From IMG/VR virus record IMGVR_UViG_3300017913_002239, positions 1 through 34,831 of that record: 34,831 nucleotides of DNA, one strand, 5' to 3'. Below the pieces are notes generated by a model that saw only the letters and a list, made by a program, of their open reading frames with translations, was not told the DNA's origin and searched no databases. This document shows positions 16,595 through 25,873 of the stretch, one piece after another. Both the position numbers and the translations under genes were made by a program. How positions within the stretch are numbered: the first letter of the stretch is position 1; each line of letters opens with the position of its first letter. The DNA is from a virus (taxonomy: Duplodnaviria; Caudoviricetes).

Positions 16595-18110
16595 TTCCTG
16601 TCTCCAATGCATCTAGCAATGTTTCGTCAAACTCCTCATCAGGAGTGTCATCCTCATCTACATCAAAAAGACTGTTGAACTGTGAATGTGCATTTACAAT
16701 CTTCTTGCCTGTAAATCCTCTTGTGCCTTTTACACTATCCCAGAACTTGCTGTACTGTTCAATAATAGCCATACTCTTAGCACGATCTTTTGCTTCGAAT
16801 ACTCTATTCACAACATCACGGAATAGAACTCGATCAAAAGTTTCCTGTACCAACATGCCCGGAATTACACCGTCGTCATACATTCTGTTAGCACGTTGTA
16901 CTGCTTCAATATGCATCCAAACATTGTGTCCCATTAGCAGTGCGTAAGTAAAACTATCCCATGAAGTTTTACCTTCTTTGCCAATTTTGTTTAGTTCGCC
17001 AGGGGCATACCAACATACATCACCAATGGTCATGTGTTCACTGATCGGACTGTCTTCCCATAAACTATGAATGCCTTCTGCTAGTACAGCATCTTTGAAC
17101 TTGCGAGTGTCTTTGCTGAACTTTTTATTATCGGCCGTGGGCTCTATCTGATAACTCCACTTGCCTCTGTCCTCAATGCGAATATCGTTGTACACTTGTC
17201 CGTTAGCAGTAGCAAGGAAAGGACTTGCACAGTCAAAAGAAATAGTAAAGTTAGGATTATGATTTGCTCGCACAGCACGTTGAATGTCTGTGAGCAAGCA
17301 TGCCCACTCCAGTTTACTTGTTCCCAAAAAGTGCATCCAATCATGCTGTCCTGGTTCTAACAAGCCATCGTGGATAAGACTAACAAGACGTTTCAACACA
17401 AGATGAACATCACACATGTTCTGTCCTCCCATGCCCCAACCATCAAATGCTCGTTCATACTGATCAGGGTCGCAGTAGCCTTTCATTAGTTCATACCAAT
17501 GGTCTGCTTCTGCATGATTACCACCTTGAAGTACGTTCAGAATTTTCAAGTCACCTTCGCGATTCTTTATCCAGTATTCGTTGTTGTACTTGGTTGCATT
17601 AACAGCATCATCATAACTGCGAATATTACTAGCGTCAGCCGCTTTAGGATCGCGGAATGTCCAAGTTGGAATATCCATGGTCATGCCATATGTAGCAATG
17701 CCCATCTGCCATTCCAGTACCATTCGGCGTTTCTTTTCTGCTTCTTTATCAGCAGGGTTAGTCCAGTCTGCAGGCCAAACACCTTTTGCAATCTGGAATC
17801 CTCCCGAGTCGGCTAGCACAACAGTGTTAGGATCACGAGCCCGAATCATATCCTCTTTGGGAGCATGCTTGCTTAAATCGAGATTAGCGTGTCCTGCTGA
17901 ATACAGACTCCACTTGTACGGAAACAAACCTTCTTGAGCATTAAGCCAGTTCATGGCTTCCATATTACCTAACCCTGCAGGCAAACGTCCTTGGTCTAGT
18001 CCCTGGCCGTGGCGTTCTTTGCCGATATAGGCTGCATAAAAGCTGCTAATAGCCGGTAAGAACACTGCATAGTCTTTTTGCTTTGCTGTTAAGTTATCTT
18101 GATTAATCAT
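16584..18110 (-). CDS. TGT-fold guanine transglycosylase, DpdA-like (7-deazaguanine insertion into DNA)
   Basis: DSGGFQ, MTMDIP, VLQGG, GWGMGG, HFLG, SFDCASP, HNV in the TGT order; no CxCxxC Zn site; acidic tail. Confidence 0.8.
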   Translation of the reverse strand: MINQDNLTAKQKDYAVFLPAISSFYAAYIGKERHGQGLDQGRLPAGLGNMEAMNWLNAQEGLFPYKWSLYSAGHANLDLSKHAPKEDMIRARDPNTVVLADSGGFQIAKGVWPADWTNPADKEAEKKRRMVLEWQMGIATYGMTMDIPTWTFRDPKAADASNIRSYDDAVNATKYNNEYWIKNREGDLKILNVLQGGNHAEADHWYELMKGYCDPDQYERAFDGWGMGGQNMCDVHLVLKRLVSLIHDGLLEPGQHDWMHFLGTSKLEWACLLTDIQRAVRANHNPNFTISFDCASPFLATANGQVYNDIRIEDRGKWSYQIEPTADNKKFSKDTRKFKDAVLAEGIHSLWEDSPISEHMTIGDVCWYAPGELNKIGKEGKTSWDSFTYALLMGHNVWMHIEAVQRANRMYDDGVIPGMLVQETFDRVLFRDVVNRVFEAKDRAKSMAIIEQYSKFWDSVKGTRGFTGKKIVNAHSQFNSLFDVDEDDTPDEEFDETLLDALETGNES

Positions 18111-18155
18111 TGAAATCCTGTTTGTCTAACCAAAGGTTGTGAAGATATGATGCTT

Positions 18156-18734
18156 TTAAATGTTAAGAAATCCAGTGATATTACAAGTCCATTTAAGTTC
18201 TAGTCCAACGTTACTAGCTAGATGCTCAGTGCCAGGCTTCCAAACCACAGTATCGCCTTGTGTCCAATGAGTAAGCATACTATCTCCTATTTGCAAAAGA
18301 TGTCCGTTTTTCCAGTCTTCTAAGAATATAAGGAATCTCCAAATTGGTCTAGTGTCTTCGGGATAAAGTCTTTTCATCATAAAGAATCTATCAAAATGCC
18401 ATGGTAATGTTTGACCCGGATCTTGCCTATGTATTGTAACAATTGGATTATCCAATGGCAATTGGTTTGATAAATTATCAAACCAATCAAAAGTAATCGG
18501 CGGATCAAAATTTGTTGTTTTCCACGACTTTGTATTGTGTTCGTTGTATCCGTACTTTAAATATTCATTGCAAACTTCTTCAGCATCATCATCATATGTA
18601 CTGTTATGGATGATACTCCAGTTTTTAGTTTGTTCGTCTTTGACAGTTTCGAGATCTTTGAAAATAATATCCCAGTTTGCGTTAATTTTACCGCAATTAA
18701 CAAAATCCGAATCAAAGTCTTTGGTGAATTTCAT
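18156..18734 (-). CDS. Fe(II)/2OG dioxygenase-like protein (paralogue)
   Basis: QDPGQ..WHFD...RFLIFLEDWKNG...WTQGD...EHLASN. Confidence 0.65.
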   Translation of the reverse strand: MKFTKDFDSDFVNCGKINANWDIIFKDLETVKDEQTKNWSIIHNSTYDDDAEEVCNEYLKYGYNEHNTKSWKTTNFDPPITFDWFDNLSNQLPLDNPIVTIHRQDPGQTLPWHFDRFFMMKRLYPEDTRPIWRFLIFLEDWKNGHLLQIGDSMLTHWTQGDTVVWKPGTEHLASNVGLELKWTCNITGFLNI

Positions 18735-19575
18735 CTGTAATACAAACCCTTATATATCCATACCTTTGAAATTCTGCATGATCGTGTGTGTTTCCTACTG
18801 CTAATGTAAAAGTGTTACTCGGCATCAAATTCAAATCAGAACAAACACTGTGTTGAATTGGTTTAAATTTTTCAACTAGCCAGTCATGAGAATATGCATC
18901 TAGCAACATTGTACCAGTATTTATTGCCCATCTGTTTACAAGTTTTAAATCATGATTACACTGTATAAGATCATCATGAAATTGTTTTGTTAATCTATAT
19001 CCTAAACGAAGACTTGTGTTGAAACATTTACTTAAACTGAAAACTACATCGGTGATACATTCGGCGCTCAAATCTACATGAATATCGTAGCTTATTGCAA
19101 AATATGCCATATCGATTAGTACCGGGATATTTTTGTTATTACATTCGTTGATAAAGAAATCGTAATCGGCATGAACAGACCCGCTACCGCCAAAAGGCAA
19201 ACTGAGTATTAATGCATCCCCTTCTTTAAGATCGTCATCTTCTAAGAAAACAAATGTGCCCTTGGCATGATTGGTAGCAATTTTACTTGCAATAAATTCA
19301 GCCTGGCTAAATCTTATTCTTTTTGTTGACACATGTCTGTGTACAAAATTTGTAATAGCATCTAGCGCACCTACACAATAACTTTCATACTTAAAATGTT
19401 CTAATCCTGATACACTGTTGTAACTGCTGGATTTTATCCAATTTTTGAATGTACTTGTATACAAATTATTGTCCCAATCCTCCAGTTTTACTGTTTCCTG
19501 CGATTGGCTTTTATGAAAGTTTTCGACACTTTTCTGTATAACTGGATCAAGAATAGGATTATGTGAAGTCTTCAT
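18712..19575 (-). CDS. PLP-dependent fold-type I enzyme (aminotransferase-like)
   Basis: PVLIDMAY, FSLSKCF, LRLGYR. Start MKTSH at 19575 just after the clamp stop. Confidence 0.65.
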   Translation of the reverse strand: MKTSHNPILDPVIQKSVENFHKSQSQETVKLEDWDNNLYTSTFKNWIKSSSYNSVSGLEHFKYESYCVGALDAITNFVHRHVSTKRIRFSQAEFIASKIATNHAKGTFVFLEDDDLKEGDALILSLPFGGSGSVHADYDFFINECNNKNIPVLIDMAYFAISYDIHVDLSAECITDVVFSLSKCFNTSLRLGYRLTKQFHDDLIQCNHDLKLVNRWAINTGTMLLDAYSHDWLVEKFKPIQHSVCSDLNLMPSNTFTLAVGNTHDHAEFQRYGYIRVCITDEIHQRL

Positions 19576-19576
19576 T

Positions 19577-20308
19577 TTATTTGCTTTGTGCCGGTAGAAT
19601 ATATTCGTAAGTTGCAATTCCACTGTTCACAGTAATCTTTGTAGCACCTTCGTCGGAGATCTGTACGGTTTTGTCGCCATTGAGATTCATAATTGAAATA
19701 AACTGCTGCACAGGCCAATGCCATGTTTTGGTGAGTTTACCGCCTACATCATGCTGAAACACAAAGTCGCCGGCATGTGTGCTGTGATCGCCGAACAAGA
19801 ACTTCAAGTGTCCGTCTTCAGTTTTGGTTTGGAATGTTGTTTCTTCTGCGTTTGCTTGTGCTTGCATCTTAAGACGCATAATACTAGCAACAGTAGGCTC
19901 GAATTCTACAGTCCAGTTTACGTCACGCATCTTAACTGTTTTAAGTTTTTCGTTAACGATTTCGCTTACCATAAAGCGGTAATCATTTTGAAAGTCTCCT
20001 GCAGCATTTTTAAATTTCATGCCAACTGGAACTTCTTCACCGTTACGGTCAGCTCGTGACACGGTAATTTCTGCGTTTTCTTTGTACTCTTGAATGTTAA
20101 GCAAAATTTTAAGTTTGTTCAAATTAGGCATACCAAAAGTGCCCATAAACTCTGCTACAGGTGTAGCGAATTTTGCCTTGAGTACAACACTTTTGTCTTC
20201 TGCTAGTCCTTCGACTGTAGTTTCTTTGTCTGTGCCAACAATTTTAATAAGGTCAACACAGCCTAAATCATATGTGTGTTCAACAAGGTCAAGTAAGTAA
20301 TCTCTCAT
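19577..20308 (-). CDS. DNA polymerase sliding clamp (T4 gp45/PCNA-like)
   Basis: 243 aa two-domain alpha/beta pattern ending YEYILPA; near the polymerase; GGAG RBS and own promoter. Confidence 0.7.
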   Translation of the reverse strand: MRDYLLDLVEHTYDLGCVDLIKIVGTDKETTVEGLAEDKSVVLKAKFATPVAEFMGTFGMPNLNKLKILLNIQEYKENAEITVSRADRNGEEVPVGMKFKNAAGDFQNDYRFMVSEIVNEKLKTVKMRDVNWTVEFEPTVASIMRLKMQAQANAEETTFQTKTEDGHLKFLFGDHSTHAGDFVFQHDVGGKLTKTWHWPVQQFISIMNLNGDKTVQISDEGATKITVNSGIATYEYILPAQSK

Positions 20309-20329
20309 GTATGTCTCCGTTTGAAGTAG

Positions 20330-20367
20330 TATTTAGATAGTATAATTATGTTAGTAAAAAAAGTCAA
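20330..20367 (-). promoter_or_regulatory. Sigma70-type promoter plus TAAATA motif upstream of the clamp gene
   Basis: Minus strand TTGACT-17 nt-TATACT, then ATC TAAATA. Confidence 0.75.
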
Positions 20368-20377
20368 TGAATTTTGG

Positions 20378-21391
20378 TTAAACTTTGATCCCATTGGCTT
20401 TATTTTTTGCATCTCTTTCTTGTTTGCTTAATTCTGATTGCGAAAAACTTTTAACTGTACCTAAAGTTTGCCCGCCTTTAAGTGTTTTTAATTTTCCGGG
20501 CTTGGTAATTTCTAACCAGCTAACATTTTCAAAATCATCAAACTTCTTGGTAATAACGTAGCCTATATCCTGGGCCAATTTTACAAGTTCATGTCCTGGC
20601 GTATAACACTTAAATTTATTTTCTACATTTCTTGCGCCATAAACCTTGCCCCCGTCGTTGTATGTAAACATAAATGTGCCTCCTGGGCGTAATCTAGTAA
20701 ACACATTTATTAGATAATGTTGTATTGTTTTCATATTCTTGTATTCAAACAAGTCCACACTTAAAACAAATCCGAATTGATTTTTAGGCAACATGTGGAA
20801 CATTTCGTTGTCTGTTTCTTTGTAGGTATAATAGCACAATCTACGTTGATATGCATCTTTCCATCTTTGTTTTATCTGTTGAAACATATTTTCGTCTGTA
20901 TCTAATAAGTATAAAGGATCGCATCCTTTAATTATATCTGTGAACTGCCCAAACGCCGGTCTTATTTCTAATGCAGGATGTTGCCAACGATTGTATTCTG
21001 AAATCCTACCGCAAAAAATATCAAAACAATCCTGATCTTCTGTTAAAAGATTATTGTTTTTTCTTCTTGTTAAAAGATACTCTGCCGAATCGTTCAACGA
21101 CTCGTGATAGATATTGTTACTAGCTAGCTGGTATGCTTCTTCCTGTTTTGTAATTTCTTGTTGTATAAAATCTACATAATCTTGTAAAGTTTTTTTGAGC
21201 TGTTGATGTTGGGCTGAAATAATATTGTTGATATGTTGAATATTTTCTAAAACATCTTTACTGTGATAGTCAGCGTTGTTTATTGCTCCAGTGGTGTTGC
21301 GAAATGTTTTATCTAAGAATTGTTTCGTGCTATCTAGATCAACAGCATTTACAGAATCAATTATTTTAATCAGTTCACTTATAGGTTTCAT
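20378..21391 (-). CDS. Coiled-coil plus divergent class I SAM methyltransferase domain
   Basis: ALEIRPAFG (motif I-like), YLLD, LPKNQFGFV, RLRPGGTFMFTY. Confidence 0.55.
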   Translation of the reverse strand: MKPISELIKIIDSVNAVDLDSTKQFLDKTFRNTTGAINNADYHSKDVLENIQHINNIISAQHQQLKKTLQDYVDFIQQEITKQEEAYQLASNNIYHESLNDSAEYLLTRRKNNNLLTEDQDCFDIFCGRISEYNRWQHPALEIRPAFGQFTDIIKGCDPLYLLDTDENMFQQIKQRWKDAYQRRLCYYTYKETDNEMFHMLPKNQFGFVLSVDLFEYKNMKTIQHYLINVFTRLRPGGTFMFTYNDGGKVYGARNVENKFKCYTPGHELVKLAQDIGYVITKKFDDFENVSWLEITKPGKLKTLKGGQTLGTVKSFSQSELSKQERDAKNKANGIKV

Positions 21392-24048
21392 TCAAATTCA
21401 AACAATGTGTTAAACGTATTACTGGTTTGTGTACTACCGGCGATATCCCATTTTAGAACACCTAATAGGTTTTCAATCTTTTGATCTACAATGGTTGTTG
21501 CCATGAGATCTTCGTCGAACGGCAGTTCTTTAAACCATTCAGGCAAGTGCATTTCATCAGTTGGATAACCAATACTGGTCCAGTTAAGCGGATTTGCTTT
21601 GAGCTTGCACACAACAGTTTTCATACCATCCACAATGTTCATGCTGTAATTATCGCCGTTCATCCGCTTGAGATTATTCCAGTTGATTGCTGCTCGCACA
21701 TGTCCTGGCATGTTTGCTCTACCTAGTCTTTCTTCTTCGGCTGTGAACTTTGTTAAATTGTTAACACGCTTGGGTGTACCCTTTTCCCACGCTGGTAGAT
21801 CTTTGAATTTACGTTTAAACTCTAGTACACGCTCTACAATTTCTTTACGGTTTGCCCCGTTTAGAACACGTTCTAAAATTTCTTTAAGAAAGTCTTGCAT
21901 AAACACAGGAGTATCACTGCGTTTGAGATCCAATCCCATTGCTTTGATCTTTCCTGTTTTACCATTAACGTCCTGGCGTTTGCCTTCGACGTCATATACA
22001 TTTACAGCGTAACGTTTTTTGGTAATGTAAAGTCCTCGATCTGCAACAATTTCTCGACCGCCTTTAATCTTTGCACCCATTTCACGTGGACAATGAAATG
22101 CTCGTTCCATAAATCCAGGAAAACTTGCATTCAGTTGATCTGCAATACTATCATATAACTGTATACAAATCTCTTTGTTCCATTCCATGCGACCTTCTTC
22201 TACTTCTTTGCGTATAACAGGCCATGCACTGAAATACACACTATCTGTGTCGCCATAGATAACTGCTTCGCCGACATGATCAAACTTTCCTGTAATCATT
22301 TCGTTGGTAAAGCCGTCCATGTGTTTAGCAATACTACGTCCAGTTAGTGTGGTACTTTGTCCAATACGTTTATCGAAGAATCTACAACCTGGGTTAAGAA
22401 TTGCACCATACAAACTGTTCAAATTAATCTTCTTAACCAGTTGTCGCTTGTCCCAAAACTCAATGTCGTCTGCTGTAGTTGCTTCACGCAGTTTTGCCTG
22501 TAGCTCTTTACGTTCTCGATACCATCGTGCTAGTAGTCCTGGAACGACACCTTCTTGTTCGTATGTAAAGATTGTGCCATTTGCACTTAAAAGCCAAGGA
22601 CTGTTGCTGTCAAAAATAACTTTCCAAAGTTCAGCAGCACTGTGTACACTTGTTTCGCCTGTTTCCCAGTCTACAGTAAGCTCTGTGCCGCGTTGCTGTT
22701 CCATTACAGCAGTGTATTCTAATGTAGCAAACAAACCTTCCCATGCCGCGGCAAAACTCATTTTTTTGCCCATGCGTTCTTTGATATAATGATCTGTCAT
22801 AATTGGACGTATTTGTCCTACAATAGTCTCGGGTGCCATATTAAGAGCTTGAATAGCACTAGGGTACAGACTGTTGATATCAATAGCGCCTACCCATTCG
22901 TGGATACCTTTTTTTGGATATGCTACATACGCACCTGCGGCTTGTGTATCTTCGCCGTCGAGCCGTTCACGTCTATTAGGCACAACTAGACCACGCTCGT
23001 GTGCTTCGTTAATAATTGCTTGCTCTGTTACTGCAACGGCACCCATGGTTGTTTGTAGAAGTACAGTGTTTTCATGTGCTAGTGTATTAGCCAGATCCAG
23101 GAACTTCAGCTTCTTGTCCATCCTTGCTAGTAACATTGTATCTTGACGGTTGTAGTCAATAAACGTTTTAAAGTCATTGTTGTATAGTTGGTCTAGTGTA
23201 CCCTCATATGCAACCTTACGCTCGCCTAGTTCATATTCACCGATAGCATCCAAACTATAACTGTGGCGCTCTTCGTATGTGTATTTTCTGTACAATTGCA
23301 TATAGTCCATGTGGATCCTGCCAATTGTATCAAAAGTCAAGTTTTCTGCACCAAAACGTTCAAAGGTACGCTGTTTAGGTAACTGTCCCCATAAACACAT
23401 GCGTCTTGTATCATCTTTACTAAGCACTCTGGTAATACGCATAGTTGTATACGGAATATCAAAACCTTCGCTGTTCCACCCACTTAATACATCAGCATCT
23501 TCGATTACATCTAAAAATGCATTAAGCAAGTCCTCTTCGCGCTCAAATAAGAATGTGTTTTCAAATTCGTTGCAAATTTCTGTTGCTGTATCCCAGCTCA
23601 TATGCTTTGGCGGCAGTACAAAAGTTATACACTGATCTAGCCAGTCCAAGTATACTGTGATTGCTGTGATCGGATTAAATGGGTCTTCAGGCTTGGAATA
23701 GCCCTTTACAGGATCAAAGTCAACCTCAATATCGAAAAAGCAAGTGTGTAGTTTAGGAGCGTTAGCACCTTTATAGTTTTCTTCAAAACATCTAAACACA
23801 GGATTGATGTCACTTTCAAACACCTTTTTTCCGTTGTGCATACGCAGTTCTTTGCGGAATTCTTTGTTAGTGCGACTGCTGAATCTACTTACAGGTTCGT
23901 CGTAGATGCTTTTAAACTTGCCGCGAGGATCTTCGTAATAGAACACATAGTTAGCAGGATACTCTCGATACTCTCTCCTGCCATCTACTCGTTCTACTAC
24001 ATGAATACGATCGTGATCACGATCAAACAGTGCGTCAATGTAACTCAT
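21388..24048 (-). CDS. Family B DNA polymerase (T4 gp43-like)
   Basis: Exo motifs FDIEV, GWNSEGFDIPY, YNRQD; pol motifs DINSLYPS, KINLNSLYG, YGDTDS, KKRY; C-terminal FNTLFEFE. Confidence 0.97.
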   Translation of the reverse strand: MSYIDALFDRDHDRIHVVERVDGRREYREYPANYVFYYEDPRGKFKSIYDEPVSRFSSRTNKEFRKELRMHNGKKVFESDINPVFRCFEENYKGANAPKLHTCFFDIEVDFDPVKGYSKPEDPFNPITAITVYLDWLDQCITFVLPPKHMSWDTATEICNEFENTFLFEREEDLLNAFLDVIEDADVLSGWNSEGFDIPYTTMRITRVLSKDDTRRMCLWGQLPKQRTFERFGAENLTFDTIGRIHMDYMQLYRKYTYEERHSYSLDAIGEYELGERKVAYEGTLDQLYNNDFKTFIDYNRQDTMLLARMDKKLKFLDLANTLAHENTVLLQTTMGAVAVTEQAIINEAHERGLVVPNRRERLDGEDTQAAGAYVAYPKKGIHEWVGAIDINSLYPSAIQALNMAPETIVGQIRPIMTDHYIKERMGKKMSFAAAWEGLFATLEYTAVMEQQRGTELTVDWETGETSVHSAAELWKVIFDSNSPWLLSANGTIFTYEQEGVVPGLLARWYRERKELQAKLREATTADDIEFWDKRQLVKKINLNSLYGAILNPGCRFFDKRIGQSTTLTGRSIAKHMDGFTNEMITGKFDHVGEAVIYGDTDSVYFSAWPVIRKEVEEGRMEWNKEICIQLYDSIADQLNASFPGFMERAFHCPREMGAKIKGGREIVADRGLYITKKRYAVNVYDVEGKRQDVNGKTGKIKAMGLDLKRSDTPVFMQDFLKEILERVLNGANRKEIVERVLEFKRKFKDLPAWEKGTPKRVNNLTKFTAEEERLGRANMPGHVRAAINWNNLKRMNGDNYSMNIVDGMKTVVCKLKANPLNWTSIGYPTDEMHLPEWFKELPFDEDLMATTIVDQKIENLLGVLKWDIAGSTQTSNTFNTLFEFE

Positions 24049-25022
24049 TTATCTCCTAACTTTCCTGATAAATTTTTTAACTGATCTTGAATTTTTTTAA
24101 AAAACTCTGGCCATTGTTTTAGATTTTCTTGTAAAACTTTATTATTGTGTTGGGCTTTTATTTCAAAATCTTCTAGCAATTGTAAACTGTAAGGCAAAGG
24201 TTTTTGTAGTTCAGATAAAATCATAGTTTGTCTTGTTAACCAGTGGTCCTCTGTGTCATAAGAATGGTCGATGTAGTCATCGTATACATCAAATCCCCAT
24301 TCTCTTAATAGTTTAACACTTCCTTTAAGTCCAAACAACAAAAACGGACGTGGAAGTTGTAAAGCTCTGAAGGTTTTTTCAGTCAGAGTTATTCCTCCGG
24401 TTATGTCCTCAAAAAAAGTCTCAATGACTAAATTTTTTTCACTGTCGATGATAGCCTGTTCTATTGGAATATCAAAATTCTTAAACGGAAAAACTATATT
24501 GTTTGTTCTAATCCAGTGATGTTCTTTATTAAAAGTTTGATTATTTTTAAACAAAATATCAAAATATTCATCTGCGTTGACATTAGACGATCTATCTTCG
24601 CAATGATATGTAATATAAGCCTGATTGAGATAATTTTCTCTAACAAACCAGTAAAACCAACTGCTTCTATTAACACATCCTCTGCCTATTAAACAAGTAA
24701 ACTTTTTTGTTGGAATAACATTTTGATATTCGAAGTTTACAGTATAATGCCCAAACACAGATGGCGCTAAACTTAGCAAAGAATGGTCCAACGGATCATA
24801 ATGATCGCTGATTACAATATCGTTTTCCCTAGTAGGAGGGTGTGTAAAGTTAATTTCTAAGAATCTGCTGTTGTTTTTCAATATTGCAAAATCTAAATTA
24901 TTGCATTCTTGTACTTTCCAATCTTGATTCAGTAAACACTCTAGTAACTTATGTAGATCCTGATGTGTATTCCAGGTAGCACTGTTCATCTGATCATCAA
25001 ATTGATTCACTGTACTGTCCAA
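24045..25022 (-). CDS. GT10-like putative glycosyltransferase (paralogue of 8584-9552)
   Basis: LVIET...LTEKTFRAL..PRPFLLFG...LREWGFDVYDDYIDHSYD. Start uncertain. Confidence 0.45.
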   Translation of the reverse strand: MDSTVNQFDDQMNSATWNTHQDLHKLLECLLNQDWKVQECNNLDFAILKNNSRFLEINFTHPPTRENDIVISDHYDPLDHSLLSLAPSVFGHYTVNFEYQNVIPTKKFTCLIGRGCVNRSSWFYWFVRENYLNQAYITYHCEDRSSNVNADEYFDILFKNNQTFNKEHHWIRTNNIVFPFKNFDIPIEQAIIDSEKNLVIETFFEDITGGITLTEKTFRALQLPRPFLLFGLKGSVKLLREWGFDVYDDYIDHSYDTEDHWLTRQTMILSELQKPLPYSLQLLEDFEIKAQHNNKVLQENLKQWPEFFKKIQDQLKNLSGKLGDK

Positions 25023-25843
25023 TATCCTCTGCGGAAATCAGGAAGAAGACTCGATGACGTATCCCACAAAAACTTAGTTACTTCTGTTCTGTTTTCTTGT
25101 TTAAGAACAATTGGGTCAGGCCAATCAGACACTGCACTTGCAGTATAACAACGATCTCCTCTAAAACTAATGTAATCCTGCATTATAAATGTTGCCGACG
25201 GCGTACCCGGCATATGAATATCAAACTCAATCGGATGGTCACAGTTCTCTGCGTTAATTGTTAAAGCGTTTTGTGTTACTAATGTTGGTTTAAGCATACT
25301 TAAAGATTGCACTGCTGAAAAATAGTTTGTAGGCAAACTGGGATCGTTGATAAATCTACTAGGCAGGTTCTCCAACAGATCAGTTGTTAAGATGCTGTTA
25401 TATGATTCAACATCAACTTCCCATTGATCAGGAAGAGAAATGTGCTTGTAAGGAAATATTTTACAAGCATGTTGCCAACATTGTTTAATCATAAAATTGT
25501 TTTGATATTGATTACCAGTTTGTTCAATTAGTAAGATATCAATTTTTTCTTCGATGCCCGAAAATTCCAAAAAATTAGCAGAATATACAGTGTGTTTTCC
25601 GGCATACCCTAGAGAATCAAGTAAACGTTTAGTATATTCAGCACGGTGTGATCTTATGTCCACGCCATAGTAATGTTTAGCGCCAAATTCTAAACAATAG
25701 GCAGCTAGGATTCCACTGCCGCATCCTATTTCAAAAACAACTTTATCTTTGACAATATTCTTGATTTTTTCTCGATACCAGGAGTTACGTGGTACATCAT
25801 TTAGCCAAGTAACACATTCATTTATGGTTAAGCCGTTAAACAT
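25007..25843 (-). CDS. SAM methyltransferase, PRMT/PrmA-like
   Basis: ND.PRN.WY...I...VKDKVVFEIGCGSGILA...GAK.YYGVD...EKIDILLIEQTG. Confidence 0.7.
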   Translation of the reverse strand: MFNGLTINECVTWLNDVPRNSWYREKIKNIVKDKVVFEIGCGSGILAAYCLEFGAKHYYGVDIRSHRAEYTKRLLDSLGYAGKHTVYSANFLEFSGIEEKIDILLIEQTGNQYQNNFMIKQCWQHACKIFPYKHISLPDQWEVDVESYNSILTTDLLENLPSRFINDPSLPTNYFSAVQSLSMLKPTLVTQNALTINAENCDHPIEFDIHMPGTPSATFIMQDYISFRGDRCYTASAVSDWPDPIVLKQENRTEVTKFLWDTSSSLLPDFRRGYWTVQ

Positions 25844-25873
25844 ACCTAGTAAAAACCTGATTGATTTCTGATG

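Noticed and set aside
13634-17344. Short alternative-frame minus-strand ORFs (13634-13852, 13876-14058, 15610-15816, 17144-17344)
   Set aside because: Fully nested in longer motif-bearing genes, with no independent evidence of translation.
16584-18110. Ordinary queuine tRNA-ribosyltransferase (tgt)
   Set aside because: Lacks the Zn site and TP.FMPVGT start of bacterial Tgt and lies among phage replication genes; a DNA-directed role is more plausible but unproven.
21388-24048. Intein or intron in the DNA polymerase
   Set aside because: Continuous 886 aa ORF of normal length with adjacent conserved motifs and no splicing signatures.
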